Positions 8,824 through 18,380 of a stretch of DNA of 64,000 bases are shown one piece after another. The notes under the pieces are model-generated. The model saw only the letters and a list, made by a program, of their open reading frames with translations. It was not told where the DNA came from and did no database searches. The DNA is from Beijerinckiaceae bacterium (GTDB lineage Bacteria; Pseudomonadota; Alphaproteobacteria; Rhizobiales; Beijerinckiaceae): the NCBI GenBank assembly GCA_036745275.1, contig DAIOGK010000017.1, forward strand, positions 8,456 to 72,455, given 5' to 3'. Both the position numbers and the translations under genes were made by a program. Position 1 is the stretch's first letter. Each line of letters begins with the position of its first letter.

Positions 8824-9915
8824 ATGAGCGCGGGGGACGTCGATCAAGGAAATTCCGCCATGCCCGCATCTGCCGCCACAAACACCGCTGCGCTTGGCCC
8901 ATGGGATGTGCGCAACCCTTTCGTCGCGCGCTGGCTGCTGACGATTGCCGGGCTTGTGGTGCTGATGGTCATCGTCGGTGGTGCGACGCGGCTGACGGGG
9001 TCCGGCCTGTCGATCACGGAATGGCGGCCTGTGACCGGAGCCATCCCGCCGATGAATGCCGCCGACTGGCTGCTGGAGTTCGAGAAATACCGCGCGAGCC
9101 CGCAATATCAGCTGCTGAACGCCGGCATGGGGCTGGAAGACTTCAAGTTCATCTACTGGTGGGAATGGGGCCACCGGCAACTCGGTCGCTTCATCGGCCT
9201 TGCCTATCTCGCAGGACTGATCCTTGCGGCGGCGCGCGGCTGGGTCACCACCCGCCTCGGCGTGCTGTTGTTCGGCATGGGGCTGGTGCTTGGCCTTCAG
9301 GGTGCCATCGGCTGGATCATGGTCGCCTCCGGGCTGAAGCCGGGCATGATTGCGGTCGCGCCGGTCAAGCTGACGCTGCATCTCGGCTTTGCCTGCCTGT
9401 TTCTCGCAAGCCTGATGTTTGTATGGGCACGCATCCGCCTTGCGCGCGACGACGATGCGCCGGGGCCGCGTGGCGCGGTAATCTGGCTCTGGGGGCTGAT
9501 CTTTCTGCAAATCTTGCTCGGCGGCTTTGTGGCCGGCAGCCGTGCGGGCCTCACCTACAACACCTGGCCGCTGATGGACGGCGCTTTCATCCCCGCGCTG
9601 GAAAAGCTCTTCGTCGTCACGCCATGGCTGGAGAACTTCGTCGATAACCCCACGCTCGTGCAGTTCAACCACCGGATGGTGGCCTATCTTGTGCTGATTG
9701 TCGCCGTGGCGCAGGCCGTTCTTCTGCGCCGCAAACTGGGCCGAGCCCCGGTCTCGCGACGGGCTGCGGCGCTTGCCGGCGTGGTGCTGGTTCAGGTTCT
9801 TCTCGGCATCGTGACGCTGCTGCTCTCCGTTCCGCTGTGGGCAGGATTGGCCCATCAGGCCCTTGCCGTGCTGATCCTGGCCAAGGCCACGGTTCACCTT
9901 GCGCGCATCGCCTGA
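8824..9915 (+). CDS. ctaA: Heme A synthase (COX15/CtaA family)
   Basis: Polytopic protein with GGATRLTGSGLSITEWRPVTG, WEWGHRQLGR and FNHRMVAY His motifs. Start chosen at ATG 8824 (GGGAGG SD); 8860 is an alternative. Confidence 0.85.
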   Translation: MSAGDVDQGNSAMPASAATNTAALGPWDVRNPFVARWLLTIAGLVVLMVIVGGATRLTGSGLSITEWRPVTGAIPPMNAADWLLEFEKYRASPQYQLLNAGMGLEDFKFIYWWEWGHRQLGRFIGLAYLAGLILAAARGWVTTRLGVLLFGMGLVLGLQGAIGWIMVASGLKPGMIAVAPVKLTLHLGFACLFLASLMFVWARIRLARDDDAPGPRGAVIWLWGLIFLQILLGGFVAGSRAGLTYNTWPLMDGAFIPALEKLFVVTPWLENFVDNPTLVQFNHRMVAYLVLIVAVAQAVLLRRKLGRAPVSRRAAALAGVVLVQVLLGIVTLLLSVPLWAGLAHQALAVLILAKATVHLARIA

Positions 9916-10013
9916 GTGGACATTTGCGACTTTGGACTTGTAACACCCAGACGCGCTTTATAGGGTCGCTCACCAATGCGGCGAAGCGCCGTGGCTTTTT
10001 TAGGGGAGGAAGA

Positions 10014-10985
10014 ATGATGTTGTCCAGCAAGCGTGGGTTCTTGAAGAGTGCCCTTACGGCAGCGATTCTGGCCGGTTCGGTGGCGACCGCAAGTGCCCAG
10101 ATGGAACTGAAGATCATGGCGCCGGCGGCGCCGGGCGGCGGCTGGGACGGCACAGCCCGTTCCATGCAGCAGGCGCTGACGGCAGCAGGTCTTGCCAAGA
10201 ACGTTCAGGTCACCAACGTCGCCGGGGCCGGCGGCACCATCGGCCTTGCGCAGTTCGTGAACACCGCCAAGGGCGATCCGAACCAGTTGATGGTCAACGG
10301 CTTCGTGATGGTCGGCTCGCTGATCACCAACAAATCGCCGGTCAACCTGTCGATGGTCACGCCCATCGCCCGCCTGACCGCTGAGGCACTCGTGATCGTC
10401 GTTCCCGCCGATTCGAAGATCCAGGATGCCAAGGGCCTCATCGATGCCATGAAGGCTGACCTCTCGAAGGTGACCTTCGCGGGTGGTTCGGCCGGTGGCG
10501 TCGATCACATTCTGGCGGGCCTGCTGGCCGGCACGGTCGGGCTTGATGGCGCCAAGGTGAACTACGTTCCGTTCTCGGGCGGCGGCGAAGCGCTGGCGGC
10601 GCTGCTGTCGGGCCGCGTCACGGCCGGCATTTCCGGCTGGGGTGAGTTCGAGGGGCAGATCAAGGCCGGCAAGCTCCGCGCCATCGCTGTGACCACGGCG
10701 GCGAAGCTGCCGGGCAACCCGACGCCGACGCTGAAGGAGCAGGGCATCAACCTCGAACTCCTGAACTGGCGTTCGGTCGTGGCTGCCCCCGGCATCACTG
10801 CAGAGCAGAAGAAGGCCCTGTCCGACGTGATCGAGAAGATGGCCAAGTCGAAGGAATGGCAGGAAATCCTGAAGCAGAAGGGCTGGGATGATGCCTACCT
10901 CGGCGAGCCGGCTTTCGGCGAGTTCCTGAAGGGCGAGCAGATCCGTGTCGAGGCTGTTCTCAAGGCCGTCGGCCTTGTGAAGTAA
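10014..10985 (+). CDS. tctC: Tripartite tricarboxylate transporter substrate-binding protein (Bug/TctC family)
   Basis: Signal peptide MMLSSKRGFLKSALTAAILAGSVATASAQ, AGGGGAGGA SD, Bug-family body, followed by tctB and tctA. Confidence 0.85.
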   Translation: MMLSSKRGFLKSALTAAILAGSVATASAQMELKIMAPAAPGGGWDGTARSMQQALTAAGLAKNVQVTNVAGAGGTIGLAQFVNTAKGDPNQLMVNGFVMVGSLITNKSPVNLSMVTPIARLTAEALVIVVPADSKIQDAKGLIDAMKADLSKVTFAGGSAGGVDHILAGLLAGTVGLDGAKVNYVPFSGGGEALAALLSGRVTAGISGWGEFEGQIKAGKLRAIAVTTAAKLPGNPTPTLKEQGINLELLNWRSVVAAPGITAEQKKALSDVIEKMAKSKEWQEILKQKGWDDAYLGEPAFGEFLKGEQIRVEAVLKAVGLVK

Positions 10986-11067
10986 GAACCGCGCGAGGCC
11001 GGGGCGATGCCCTGGCCTTGCCACCTCCCTGCCGGGGCGGGGACCGATCGGGCAAAGGGGATCTGCC

Positions 11068-11547
11068 ATGTCGAACCACGGAACCGCCGCGGCTCGCGAC
11101 CGCGCCAGCGTCATTGTGGGTGTTCTGCTGCTGCTGCTCGCGGCCATCCTGTGGTACGACGCGGTCAATCTCGGACGAACCGTTGCCTATGGCATCGGCC
11201 CGGACATGATGCCGAAGGTGATCGGCGTTGGCCTCAGTGTACTGGGAATCCTGTCGATCATCTCGGGCCTCCGCAATCCGGCGCGTGAGACCGAGCCTGC
11301 TGATTGGCGCGCGGTTGTGATCATTCTCGGCGGGTTTTTGGCCCTCACAGTAATGATCGGCCTCAATGTAGGCTTCATCCCGGCCATGACGGTGCTCTTC
11401 GCCGTCACGTCCTTTGCGTTCGGTCGCCGGGCTCTGCTGGCGGATGTTGCCATCGGATTTGTGCTCGCGACCCTGACGTATTTGCTGTTCTCCAAGTTGC
11501 TCGCGCTGTCCTTGCCGCGCGGACCGCTTGAGCAGATCTTCGGCTGA
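11068..11547 (+). CDS. tctB: Tripartite tricarboxylate transporter small membrane subunit TctB
   Basis: 159 aa with 4 TM segments, located between tctC and tctA. Confidence 0.8.
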   Translation: MSNHGTAAARDRASVIVGVLLLLLAAILWYDAVNLGRTVAYGIGPDMMPKVIGVGLSVLGILSIISGLRNPARETEPADWRAVVIILGGFLALTVMIGLNVGFIPAMTVLFAVTSFAFGRRALLADVAIGFVLATLTYLLFSKLLALSLPRGPLEQIFG

Positions 11548-11558
11548 GGAGAACAGTC

Positions 11559-13055
11559 ATGGATTCCTTTCTTGCCCTGATGAGCGGCTTTGCTGCGGCG
11601 CTGACCCCGGCAAAGCTGATGTATGCCAGCATGGGCGTTCTGCTCGGCACGGCCGTTGGCGTGCTGCCGGGTATCGGCCCGGCGGTGACGGTGGCGCTGC
11701 TGCTGCCGGTGACCTTCAAGCTCGACCCGTCCGGTTCGCTCATCATGTTCGCCGGCATCTACTACGGCGCGATGTATGGTGGTTCGACGACCGCCATCCT
11801 GATCAACACGCCCGGCGAAAGCGCTTCGATGGCGACCTCGCTTGAGGGCTCGCTGATGGCAAAGAGCGGCCGGGCCGGCCCGGCGCTGGCCACCTCCGCC
11901 ATTGGCTCGTTCGTTGCCGGAACGATTGCGACGGCGGGTATTGCCTTCCTTGCGCCCTGGATGGTCAAGCTGGCCGTAATGTTCGGGCCGGAGGACTATT
12001 TCGCGCTGATGGTTCTGGCCTTCATCACGGTGTCCGCCACCTTCGGCGACAGTCCGCTTCGCGGGCTGATTTCACTGTTCCTTGGCCTCGCGCTGGGGCT
12101 TGTCGGCATCGACAAGCTCACGGGGCAGTCCCGGTTGACCTTTGGCCTGCCGGAACTGCTCGATGGCGTTGAGGTGACGACGCTCGCTGTCGGTCTTTTT
12201 GCCATCGGTGAGGCGTTGCATGTCGCCTCGCAGAAGCGCGATGAAGGTTCGCTCCTGACGTTGACCGGCTCGCTCTGGATGACCAAGGAGGACTGGAAGC
12301 GCTCGTGGATGCCGTGGATCCGCGGCACCCTGTTCGGTTTCCCCATCGGCGCCCTGCCGGCGGGCGGCGCGGAAATTCCCACCTTCCTCAGCTATTCCAC
12401 GGAAAAGCGGCTGTCCAAGCACCCGGAAGAATGGGGCACCACCGGCGCCATCGAGGGTGTGGCGGGGCCGGAAGCGGCCAACAACGCCTCGGTCGCGGGC
12501 ACGCTCGTGCCGCTGCTGTCGCTGGGCCTGCCCACCTCTGCCACGGCGGCCATCCTGCTTGCGGGCTTCCAGCAGTTCGGACTGAACCCCGGCCCGCTGT
12601 TGTTCGCCGAAAATGCCGGGCTGGTCTGGACCCTGATCGCCTCGCTGTTCATTGCCAACGTGATGCTGGTCATCCTCAACCTGCCGCTGGTGGGACTGTG
12701 GGTGCAACTCCTCAAAATCCCGACGCCCTGGCTCTACGCCGGCATCCTGATGTTCGCGGCCATGGGCTCCATCGCCACGAAGGGATCGGTGGCCGAACTT
12801 CTCATGCTGATGGTCTTCGGCTTCCTCGGCTTCATGATGCGCCGCCATGACTATCCCGTCGCGCCGATGGTGGTGGGGCTGATCCTGGGGCCGATGGCCG
12901 AAAGCCAGTTGCGCCGCGCACTTCAGATCAGCATTGGTGATCCGATGGTGCTGGTGCAAAGCCCGATTGCCGTCACCATTCTGGCCATCGCTGCGGTGGC
13001 GCTGATCGCGCCCTTCGTCACCAACACGAAGAAGTTCGCGCAGGACGAGGACTGA
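11559..13055 (+). CDS. tctA: Tripartite tricarboxylate transporter large permease TctA
   Basis: 498-aa polytopic protein: [17 protein letters not shown]...[22 protein letters not shown]. Confidence 0.9.
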   Translation: MDSFLALMSGFAAALTPAKLMYASMGVLLGTAVGVLPGIGPAVTVALLLPVTFKLDPSGSLIMFAGIYYGAMYGGSTTAILINTPGESASMATSLEGSLMAKSGRAGPALATSAIGSFVAGTIATAGIAFLAPWMVKLAVMFGPEDYFALMVLAFITVSATFGDSPLRGLISLFLGLALGLVGIDKLTGQSRLTFGLPELLDGVEVTTLAVGLFAIGEALHVASQKRDEGSLLTLTGSLWMTKEDWKRSWMPWIRGTLFGFPIGALPAGGAEIPTFLSYSTEKRLSKHPEEWGTTGAIEGVAGPEAANNASVAGTLVPLLSLGLPTSATAAILLAGFQQFGLNPGPLLFAENAGLVWTLIASLFIANVMLVILNLPLVGLWVQLLKIPTPWLYAGILMFAAMGSIATKGSVAELLMLMVFGFLGFMMRRHDYPVAPMVVGLILGPMAESQLRRALQISIGDPMVLVQSPIAVTILAIAAVALIAPFVTNTKKFAQDED

Positions 13056-13085
13056 TCGGGGTGCGAACAGCGCATTGGAAGTGAC

Positions 13086-13112
13086 AAAGGGCGCCGTTGG
13101 CGCCCTTTGCTT
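13086..13112. terminator. Bidirectional intrinsic terminator between convergent tctA and metY
   Basis: AAAGGGCGCC-gttg-GGCGCCCTTT hairpin flanked by A/T runs on both strands. Confidence 0.6.
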
Positions 13113-13177
13113 GGATGAAGCACTTCAGGTGTTGGCCCAAGTGCTGGCCATGGACACTATGTGTCCCTCCGTTCGTC

Positions 13178-14458
13178 TCACGCGAGCGCCTGGTCGAGAT
13201 CGGCGATCAGATCCGGCGCATCCTCGATGCCGACCGACAGACGCACGACATCCGGCCCCGCGCCCGCAACGACCTTCTGCGCATCGGACAACTGCCGGTG
13301 CGTGGTCGAGGCCGGGTGGATGACGAGGCTGCGCGTGTCCCCGACATTGGCAAGATGGGAAAACAGCTTGAGCGACGCGACGAGCTTGATTCCGGCCTCA
13401 TATCCACCCTTGAGGCCGAATGTGAACACCGCACCGGCACCCTTCGGCGCATATTTTTGCGCCAGCGCATGATACTTGTCGCCCTTGAGACCCGGATAGC
13501 TGACCCAGGCCACCTTCGGGTGCTTGGCCAGATACTCGGCCACCTTAAGCGCATTGTCCGAATGACGCTGCATCCTCAGCGGCAGCGTCTCGATCCCGGT
13601 GAGCACCAGGAAGGCGTTGAACGGCGACAGGGCCGCGCCAAGATCACGCAGGCCGAGAACGCGGCAGGCGATGGCGAAGGCGAAGTTGCCGAAGGTCTCA
13701 CCCAGCACCATGCCGGCATATTCCGGACGCGGAGCGGTAACCGAAGGATACTTCGCCTTATGCGCCATCCAGTCGAAGTTGCCACCGTCAACGATGACGC
13801 CGGCGATGGAATTGCCATGGCCGCCGAGGAACTTCGTTGCCGAATGAACGATGATGTTCGCGCCATGCTCGAACGGGCGGATCAGGTAGGGCGTGGCAAG
13901 CGTGTTGTCGACGATCAACGGAATACCGTGCTTTTTCGCGACCGCGGCAATGGCCGCAATGTCGAAGATCACGCCGCCGGGGTTGGCGATGGATTCGATG
14001 AAGATCGCCTTGGTCCGGGAGGTGATCGCCTTTTCAAAATCCGCAGCATCGTCACCCTCGGCCCAGATCACGTCCCAGCCGAACTTCTTGTAGGCGTGGC
14101 TGAACTGGTTGATCGAACCGCCATAAAGCTTTTTGGAGGCAATGAAATTGTCCCCCGGCTCCAGCAGCGTGTGAAACACGAGATGCTCGGCGGCATGGCC
14201 GGAAGCAACGCCCAGCGCCGCCGTGCCGCCCTCCAGTGCCGCCACGCGCCCTTCGAGCACGGCAGTCGTCGGGTTGGTGATGCGGGTGTAGATATTGCCG
14301 AAGGCCTGAAGCCCGAAAAGCGAGGCGGCATGGTCCACATCGTCGAACACAAACGAGGAGGTCTGATAGATCGGCGTCACCCGCGCGCCGGTGGCCGCAT
14401 CGGGCGCAGCGCCGGCGTGAACCGCAAGGGTGTTGAAACCGGGGGTCTTGTCTGTCAT
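13178..14458 (-). CDS. metY: O-acetylhomoserine aminocarboxypropyltransferase (sulfhydrylase), PLP-dependent
   Basis: 426 aa: GFNTLAVHAGAAPDAATGARVTPIYQTSSFVFDD...SATKFLGGHGNSIAGVIVD (PLP lysine motif). Confidence 0.9.
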   Translation of the reverse strand: MTDKTPGFNTLAVHAGAAPDAATGARVTPIYQTSSFVFDDVDHAASLFGLQAFGNIYTRITNPTTAVLEGRVAALEGGTAALGVASGHAAEHLVFHTLLEPGDNFIASKKLYGGSINQFSHAYKKFGWDVIWAEGDDAADFEKAITSRTKAIFIESIANPGGVIFDIAAIAAVAKKHGIPLIVDNTLATPYLIRPFEHGANIIVHSATKFLGGHGNSIAGVIVDGGNFDWMAHKAKYPSVTAPRPEYAGMVLGETFGNFAFAIACRVLGLRDLGAALSPFNAFLVLTGIETLPLRMQRHSDNALKVAEYLAKHPKVAWVSYPGLKGDKYHALAQKYAPKGAGAVFTFGLKGGYEAGIKLVASLKLFSHLANVGDTRSLVIHPASTTHRQLSDAQKVVAGAGPDVVRLSVGIEDAPDLIADLDQALA

Positions 14459-14503
14459 GGCATCCTCCTGATGGGCCGCTGTTTCGCGAAGCTAGGCAAA
14501 TTT

Positions 14504-14549
14504 CGATCGTTCGTCAAATAGAACAATCGGATGTTTTGGCGAACGATCG
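14504..14549. promoter_or_regulatory. Perfect 10-bp inverted repeat (CGATCGTTCG-N26-CGAACGATCG) in the metY/HAD divergent intergenic region
   Basis: Read directly from the sequence. It lies in the 136-bp gap between the metY ATG (14458) and the HAD ATG (14595). It could be a leader stem-loop of the metY mRNA or an operator. Confidence 0.35.
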
Positions 14550-14594
14550 GAGTATGACCTTCTCCGCATCGCAAACCGAGCGAAAGAACCACCG

Positions 14595-15257
14595 ATGAAC
14601 CTGCTTGTCGATCTTGATGGTACGATCACCGACCCGGCGCGCGGCATGCTCACGGCGATGCGGCAGGGAATGGCGGCAGTGGGCCTCAAAGCGCCGGACG
14701 ACATGCGCTGGATGATCGGTCCGCCCCTGCGCCAGAGTCTGGCGAGCCTCGGCGCGACGCCGGAAGGGGCCGAACGGGCGCTCGCAGTCTATCGCGAGCA
14801 TTATCGCGCCGGCGGCATGTATGAGGCGGACCTGATCGAGGGCATGGATGCGGTGCTGCGTCACCTGAAGGGGCAGGGGCATCGATTGTTCGTCGCCACC
14901 TCGAAGCCACATGTCTATGCCCGGCCGATCATCGCCCATTTCGGACTCACCGATGTGTTTGAGGCGGTCCATGGCTCTGAACTTGATGGCCGGAACGACC
15001 ACAAGCACGAGGTCATCGCCGATATTCTGACAACCCACGATCTCGCGGCTGATGATTGCATCATGATCGGCGATACACGCTTTGACGTGGACGGCGCGCG
15101 GCATCACGGCATCCCCTGCATCGGGGTCGATTGGGGGCATGGCGGCGAGCTCCTGGCTGCATCAGGCCCCGCGATCATCGTCACGCAGGCTCGGGATCTG
15201 GCAGGCGCCGTTGCGCGTCTTGTCGCGGACGTTGCAGAGAAGGGCCGCTTGTCATAA
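14595..15257 (+). CDS. HAD-superfamily hydrolase (phosphoglycolate phosphatase-like)
   Basis: DxDGT motif I (LLVDLDGTITD), motif III/IV (…IGDTRFDVDGA…). Confidence 0.8.
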   Translation: MNLLVDLDGTITDPARGMLTAMRQGMAAVGLKAPDDMRWMIGPPLRQSLASLGATPEGAERALAVYREHYRAGGMYEADLIEGMDAVLRHLKGQGHRLFVATSKPHVYARPIIAHFGLTDVFEAVHGSELDGRNDHKHEVIADILTTHDLAADDCIMIGDTRFDVDGARHHGIPCIGVDWGHGGELLAASGPAIIVTQARDLAGAVARLVADVAEKGRLS

Positions 15258-15371
15258 TTGTTGGAGTGAACCCTCATACCGCATGACAAGAAGATGCGGC
15301 TGGGGACGGGGCGGGGTCGCGGTGTCATGAGTTTTACAGGTCTTGTTACGATGCAGGGGCGTCAGGTCCTC

Positions 15372-16493
15372 ATGCTGCATCGCGTTGTTGCGCTCGTTCT
15401 GCTGCTGATGGCGGTGCTGCTCGGCGGCTGCACCCCCAATCTTGCGCCCGATGCGCTGAACACAGTGAAGCCGACTGCGCCGGTCACTCGGCAGGTCAAG
15501 ATTCTCGCTGCAACGGATCGCGGCACCGGAGCGCCGGCGACCGCCGATGGTGGCAGCGTCCGTGCCCGTCTGCGCTATGAGGAGATCACGGTCTCCATTC
15601 CGCCCCATCACAAGATCGGCGAGGTGGAATGGTCGCAAGGCAGCGCTGATGATGTGAACGCGAGCTTTGCGGTCATTGGTACCCGTGCGCTCGATGAAGC
15701 GGAATTCAAGCGCCGGGTTGCCGAACGGTCGCGGCAGAGCGATGTGACCGGCCTCTTCGTCCATGGCTACAACAACAGCTATCAGGATGGTGTGTTCCGC
15801 GTTGCCCAGATCACGGCAGATGCAGGCAAACCGGTCACGCCGATCCTGTTTTCATGGCCGTCGGACGCCACGCTCACGGGCTACCTCGCCGACCGTGATG
15901 CGGTGATGTATGCGCGCGATGACCTTGTGCATGTGCTCGGGGTTCTCGGCACCGTGCCGGTAAAGGGCAAGATGGTGCTGCTGGCCCACAGCATGGGCTG
16001 CCAGTTGACACTGGAATCGCTGCGGCAATTGCGGATCAGCGGCAAGGGCCAGGTCATTGACCGGTTCCAGGTGGCCATGGCCGCGCCGGATGTCGATATC
16101 GATGTTTTCCGCCGGCATATCGGCGACATCGGCCGGTTGGACCCGCCCCTGACCGTGCTTGCCGCCACAAACGACGATGCGCTGGCGCTTTCACGGAGCC
16201 TGGCCTTCGACCGGGCACGGGAAGGCAATGTCAACGTCGAAAATCCCAAGGTGCAGGAGCTGGCCAAAAAGGAAGGCATTCGCCTGATCGACATCTCGTC
16301 CGTGAAATCTCTGGGGCCGATAGGGCATGATCGCTTTGTCCGTTTCCTTGCCGTTGACGTGGACAAGCTCGACCGTCGCGCGGGCAGCGGTGCGTTCGAC
16401 GGGTTGCGACATGTGGGGGCTTATGTGTTCAATGCGGCTGGCACGACGATCTCGCGGCCCTTCGTCACAGCCGGGCGAATAATCGCGCCCTGA
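15372..16493 (+). CDS. Alpha/beta hydrolase lipoprotein (DUF900-like esterase)
   Basis: Lipobox signal MLHRVVALVLLLMAVLLGGC. LFVHGYNNSYQDGVFR and nucleophile elbow LLAHSMGCQL. Start uncertain (15327, 15351 or 15372). Confidence 0.7.
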   Translation: MLHRVVALVLLLMAVLLGGCTPNLAPDALNTVKPTAPVTRQVKILAATDRGTGAPATADGGSVRARLRYEEITVSIPPHHKIGEVEWSQGSADDVNASFAVIGTRALDEAEFKRRVAERSRQSDVTGLFVHGYNNSYQDGVFRVAQITADAGKPVTPILFSWPSDATLTGYLADRDAVMYARDDLVHVLGVLGTVPVKGKMVLLAHSMGCQLTLESLRQLRISGKGQVIDRFQVAMAAPDVDIDVFRRHIGDIGRLDPPLTVLAATNDDALALSRSLAFDRAREGNVNVENPKVQELAKKEGIRLIDISSVKSLGPIGHDRFVRFLAVDVDKLDRRAGSGAFDGLRHVGAYVFNAAGTTISRPFVTAGRIIAP

Positions 16494-16538
16494 GGGGCGC
16501 GCCTTCATCGTCGTGGTTGGAGCAGCCGAACGCCGGCC

Positions 16539-17069
16539 TCAGGTCTTCTCGCCCAGCCCCATTTTCTGCACGCCCTTGCCGAGCAGGGTGGGGCGTTTTG
16601 CGGACAGTACGCCCGAATTGACGCCCATCCAGCCGATTTCGCTGGAAAGCCGGCCATATTCGATCTTCGGGCAGCGATTCATCACCACCTTCACGCCCTG
16701 TGCTTCCGCCCGTTCCGCTGCTGCATCGTTGCGCACGGTGAGTTGCATCCAGATAACTTTGGGCAGTGGTTGAAGCGCCAGCGCCTCATCCACAACGCCT
16801 CCGGCGGCTTCTGAATTACGGAAGATATCCACCATGTCGATGGGCTCGGGCACATCCGAAAGCCGTGCGAACACCGGCGCGCCGGCAATGCTGCCCCCGG
16901 CCTTGCCGGGATTGATCGCAAAAACGCGATAGGCCCGCTCAAGCAGGTATTTCAGCACGAAGAACGAGGGCCGCGCCGGATTATCGGACGCTCCCACGAT
17001 GGCGATGGTTTTCGTCCCGTTGAGGATCGCGCGGACATAGGCATCAGGGTAATGGTCGTGGTTCATCAT
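16539..17069 (-). CDS. CoA-binding domain protein (YccU-like)
   Basis: ILNGTKTIAIVGASDNPARPSFFVLKYLL...VIWMQLTVRNDAAAERAEAQGVKVVMNRC. Its start codons (17069/17066) overlap the TGA of the upstream hydratase. Confidence 0.75.
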   Translation of the reverse strand: MMNHDHYPDAYVRAILNGTKTIAIVGASDNPARPSFFVLKYLLERAYRVFAINPGKAGGSIAGAPVFARLSDVPEPIDMVDIFRNSEAAGGVVDEALALQPLPKVIWMQLTVRNDAAAERAEAQGVKVVMNRCPKIEYGRLSSEIGWMGVNSGVLSAKRPTLLGKGVQKMGLGEKT

Positions 17070-17881
17070 TCGCCCCGCCACACGGGCTCGCGCTTGCCCA
17101 CAAAAGCGCCGATGCCTTCCTCTGCATCGCGCGCAAGCATGTTCTCCACCATGACATTCGCGGCATAGGCATAGGCTTCGTCAAGGTCCATGCCGCGCTG
17201 GGCGTGGAACGCTTCCTTGCCGATCTTCAACGTCAGCGGGGACTTCGTTGCGATGACCGCCGCCATGCGCTGGGCTTCCGCAAGTGCATTGCCCGCCGGC
17301 ACCACGCGATTGACGAGCCCCATGCGCTGCGCCGCCTCCGCGCTTACCATCTCGCCGAGCAACAACATTTCAAGCGCATGCTTGGGCACGACATTACGCG
17401 TCAGCGCCACCATCGGCGTCGAGCAGAAGAGGCCGATATGAACGCCCGGCGTACAGAACCCCGCATTTGCGCCTGCCACGGCAAGGTCGCAACTGGCAAC
17501 AAGCTGACAGCCGGCAGCTGTGGCAACCCCTTCCACTGCTGCGATGACAGGCTTCGGACAGCGCACGATGGCCTTCATCATCGTGGCGCAGCGGTCCATG
17601 ATCTCGGCAAAATAGGCGCGTCCCCGGTCCGCCTCGACGCGATGGGCGGTCATTTCCTTGAGGTCATGCCCGGCGGAAAACACTTTGCCTTCGGCAGCCA
17701 GAATGACCGCCCGCACTGACGAATCCCTGGCAATCGCCGCCACTTCAGCGGTCATTGCGGCAAGCAGTGCTTCAGAAAGCGCGTTGCGTGCCTCAGGCCG
17801 GTTGAGCGTGAGCGTGGCGATGCCCTCCGCATCGGTGCGCAGAAGAGGGGGAGCGGACTTCGGGGGGGTAGGAACTGTCAT
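17066..17881 (-). CDS. Enoyl-CoA hydratase/isomerase (crotonase) family protein
   Basis: IATLTLNRPEARNALS...FSAGHDLKEM...AAVEGVATAAGCQL. Start trimmed to the MTVPTPP ATG at 17881. Confidence 0.85.
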   Translation of the reverse strand: MTVPTPPKSAPPLLRTDAEGIATLTLNRPEARNALSEALLAAMTAEVAAIARDSSVRAVILAAEGKVFSAGHDLKEMTAHRVEADRGRAYFAEIMDRCATMMKAIVRCPKPVIAAVEGVATAAGCQLVASCDLAVAGANAGFCTPGVHIGLFCSTPMVALTRNVVPKHALEMLLLGEMVSAEAAQRMGLVNRVVPAGNALAEAQRMAAVIATKSPLTLKIGKEAFHAQRGMDLDEAYAYAANVMVENMLARDAEEGIGAFVGKREPVWRGE

Positions 17882-17927
17882 GGCGGATATGCTACCCCTC
17901 CTTTTTCCGCAGTTCCAGAGGTCGCCG

Positions 17928-18371
17928 ATGCGAAGCCACGCCCGCCACACGCCCGCCTTCACCGTTGAGGAAATGACCCACTATCTCGAGGACGTTTTCC
18001 CGGAAGTCATGGCGAAGGGCACGAATATGGTGGTGGAGGCGGTCGGCTACGGCTCTTGTATCATCCGGCTGAAATTTCGCGCGGGCCAGCTTCGTCCGGG
18101 GGGCACCATCTCTGGCCCGACCATGATGGGGCTTGCGGATTTTTCGATTTACGTCGCGGTGCTCGGTGCGCTCGGCAAGGTGCCGCTGGCGGTGACGACC
18201 AACCTCAACATCAACTTCCTGAAAAAGCCGGAACCGGCGGATATGCTGGCCGAATGCCGGCTGTTCAAGATCGGCAAGCGCCTGTGCATCGGCGAGGCGA
18301 TGATCCATTCCGAAGGGCATGAGGACCCGGTGGCCCACGCTACGGCAACCTATTCGGTGCCCCCGCGCTGA
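17928..18371 (+). CDS. PaaI-family (hotdog fold) thioesterase
   Basis: FTVEEMTHYLEDVFPEV...GGTISGPTMMGLADFSIYVA...GKRLCIGEAMI. Start set at MRSH (17928), because the ATG at 17880 would overlap the divergent hydratase start codon. Confidence 0.75.
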   Translation: MRSHARHTPAFTVEEMTHYLEDVFPEVMAKGTNMVVEAVGYGSCIIRLKFRAGQLRPGGTISGPTMMGLADFSIYVAVLGALGKVPLAVTTNLNINFLKKPEPADMLAECRLFKIGKRLCIGEAMIHSEGHEDPVAHATATYSVPPR

Positions 18372-18380
18372 CACCCCGCG

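Noticed and set aside
8806-9897. 363-aa - strand ORF
   Set aside because: Antisense to ctaA. It is hydrophilic and Arg/Gly/Gln/His-rich, whereas the + strand encodes a coherent polytopic heme A synthase.
9894-11168. 424-aa - strand ORF
   Set aside because: Antisense to tctC. Low-complexity Arg/Gly/Asp/His-rich translation.
13097-14521. 474-aa + strand ORF
   Set aside because: Antisense to metY, which has strong PLP-enzyme motifs on the - strand.
14459-14594. SAM-II riboswitch call upstream of metY
   Set aside because: The context is right, but I could not match the conserved SAM-II pseudoknot elements by eye. I kept it only as something to test with Infernal, not as a feature.
17658-17927. 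N-terminal 90 codons of the 237-aa thioesterase track ORF
   Set aside because: This part is antisense to the enoyl-CoA hydratase N-terminus and is Ser/Ala/Arg-rich. PaaI thioesterases are about 140-160 aa, which fits a start at 17928.
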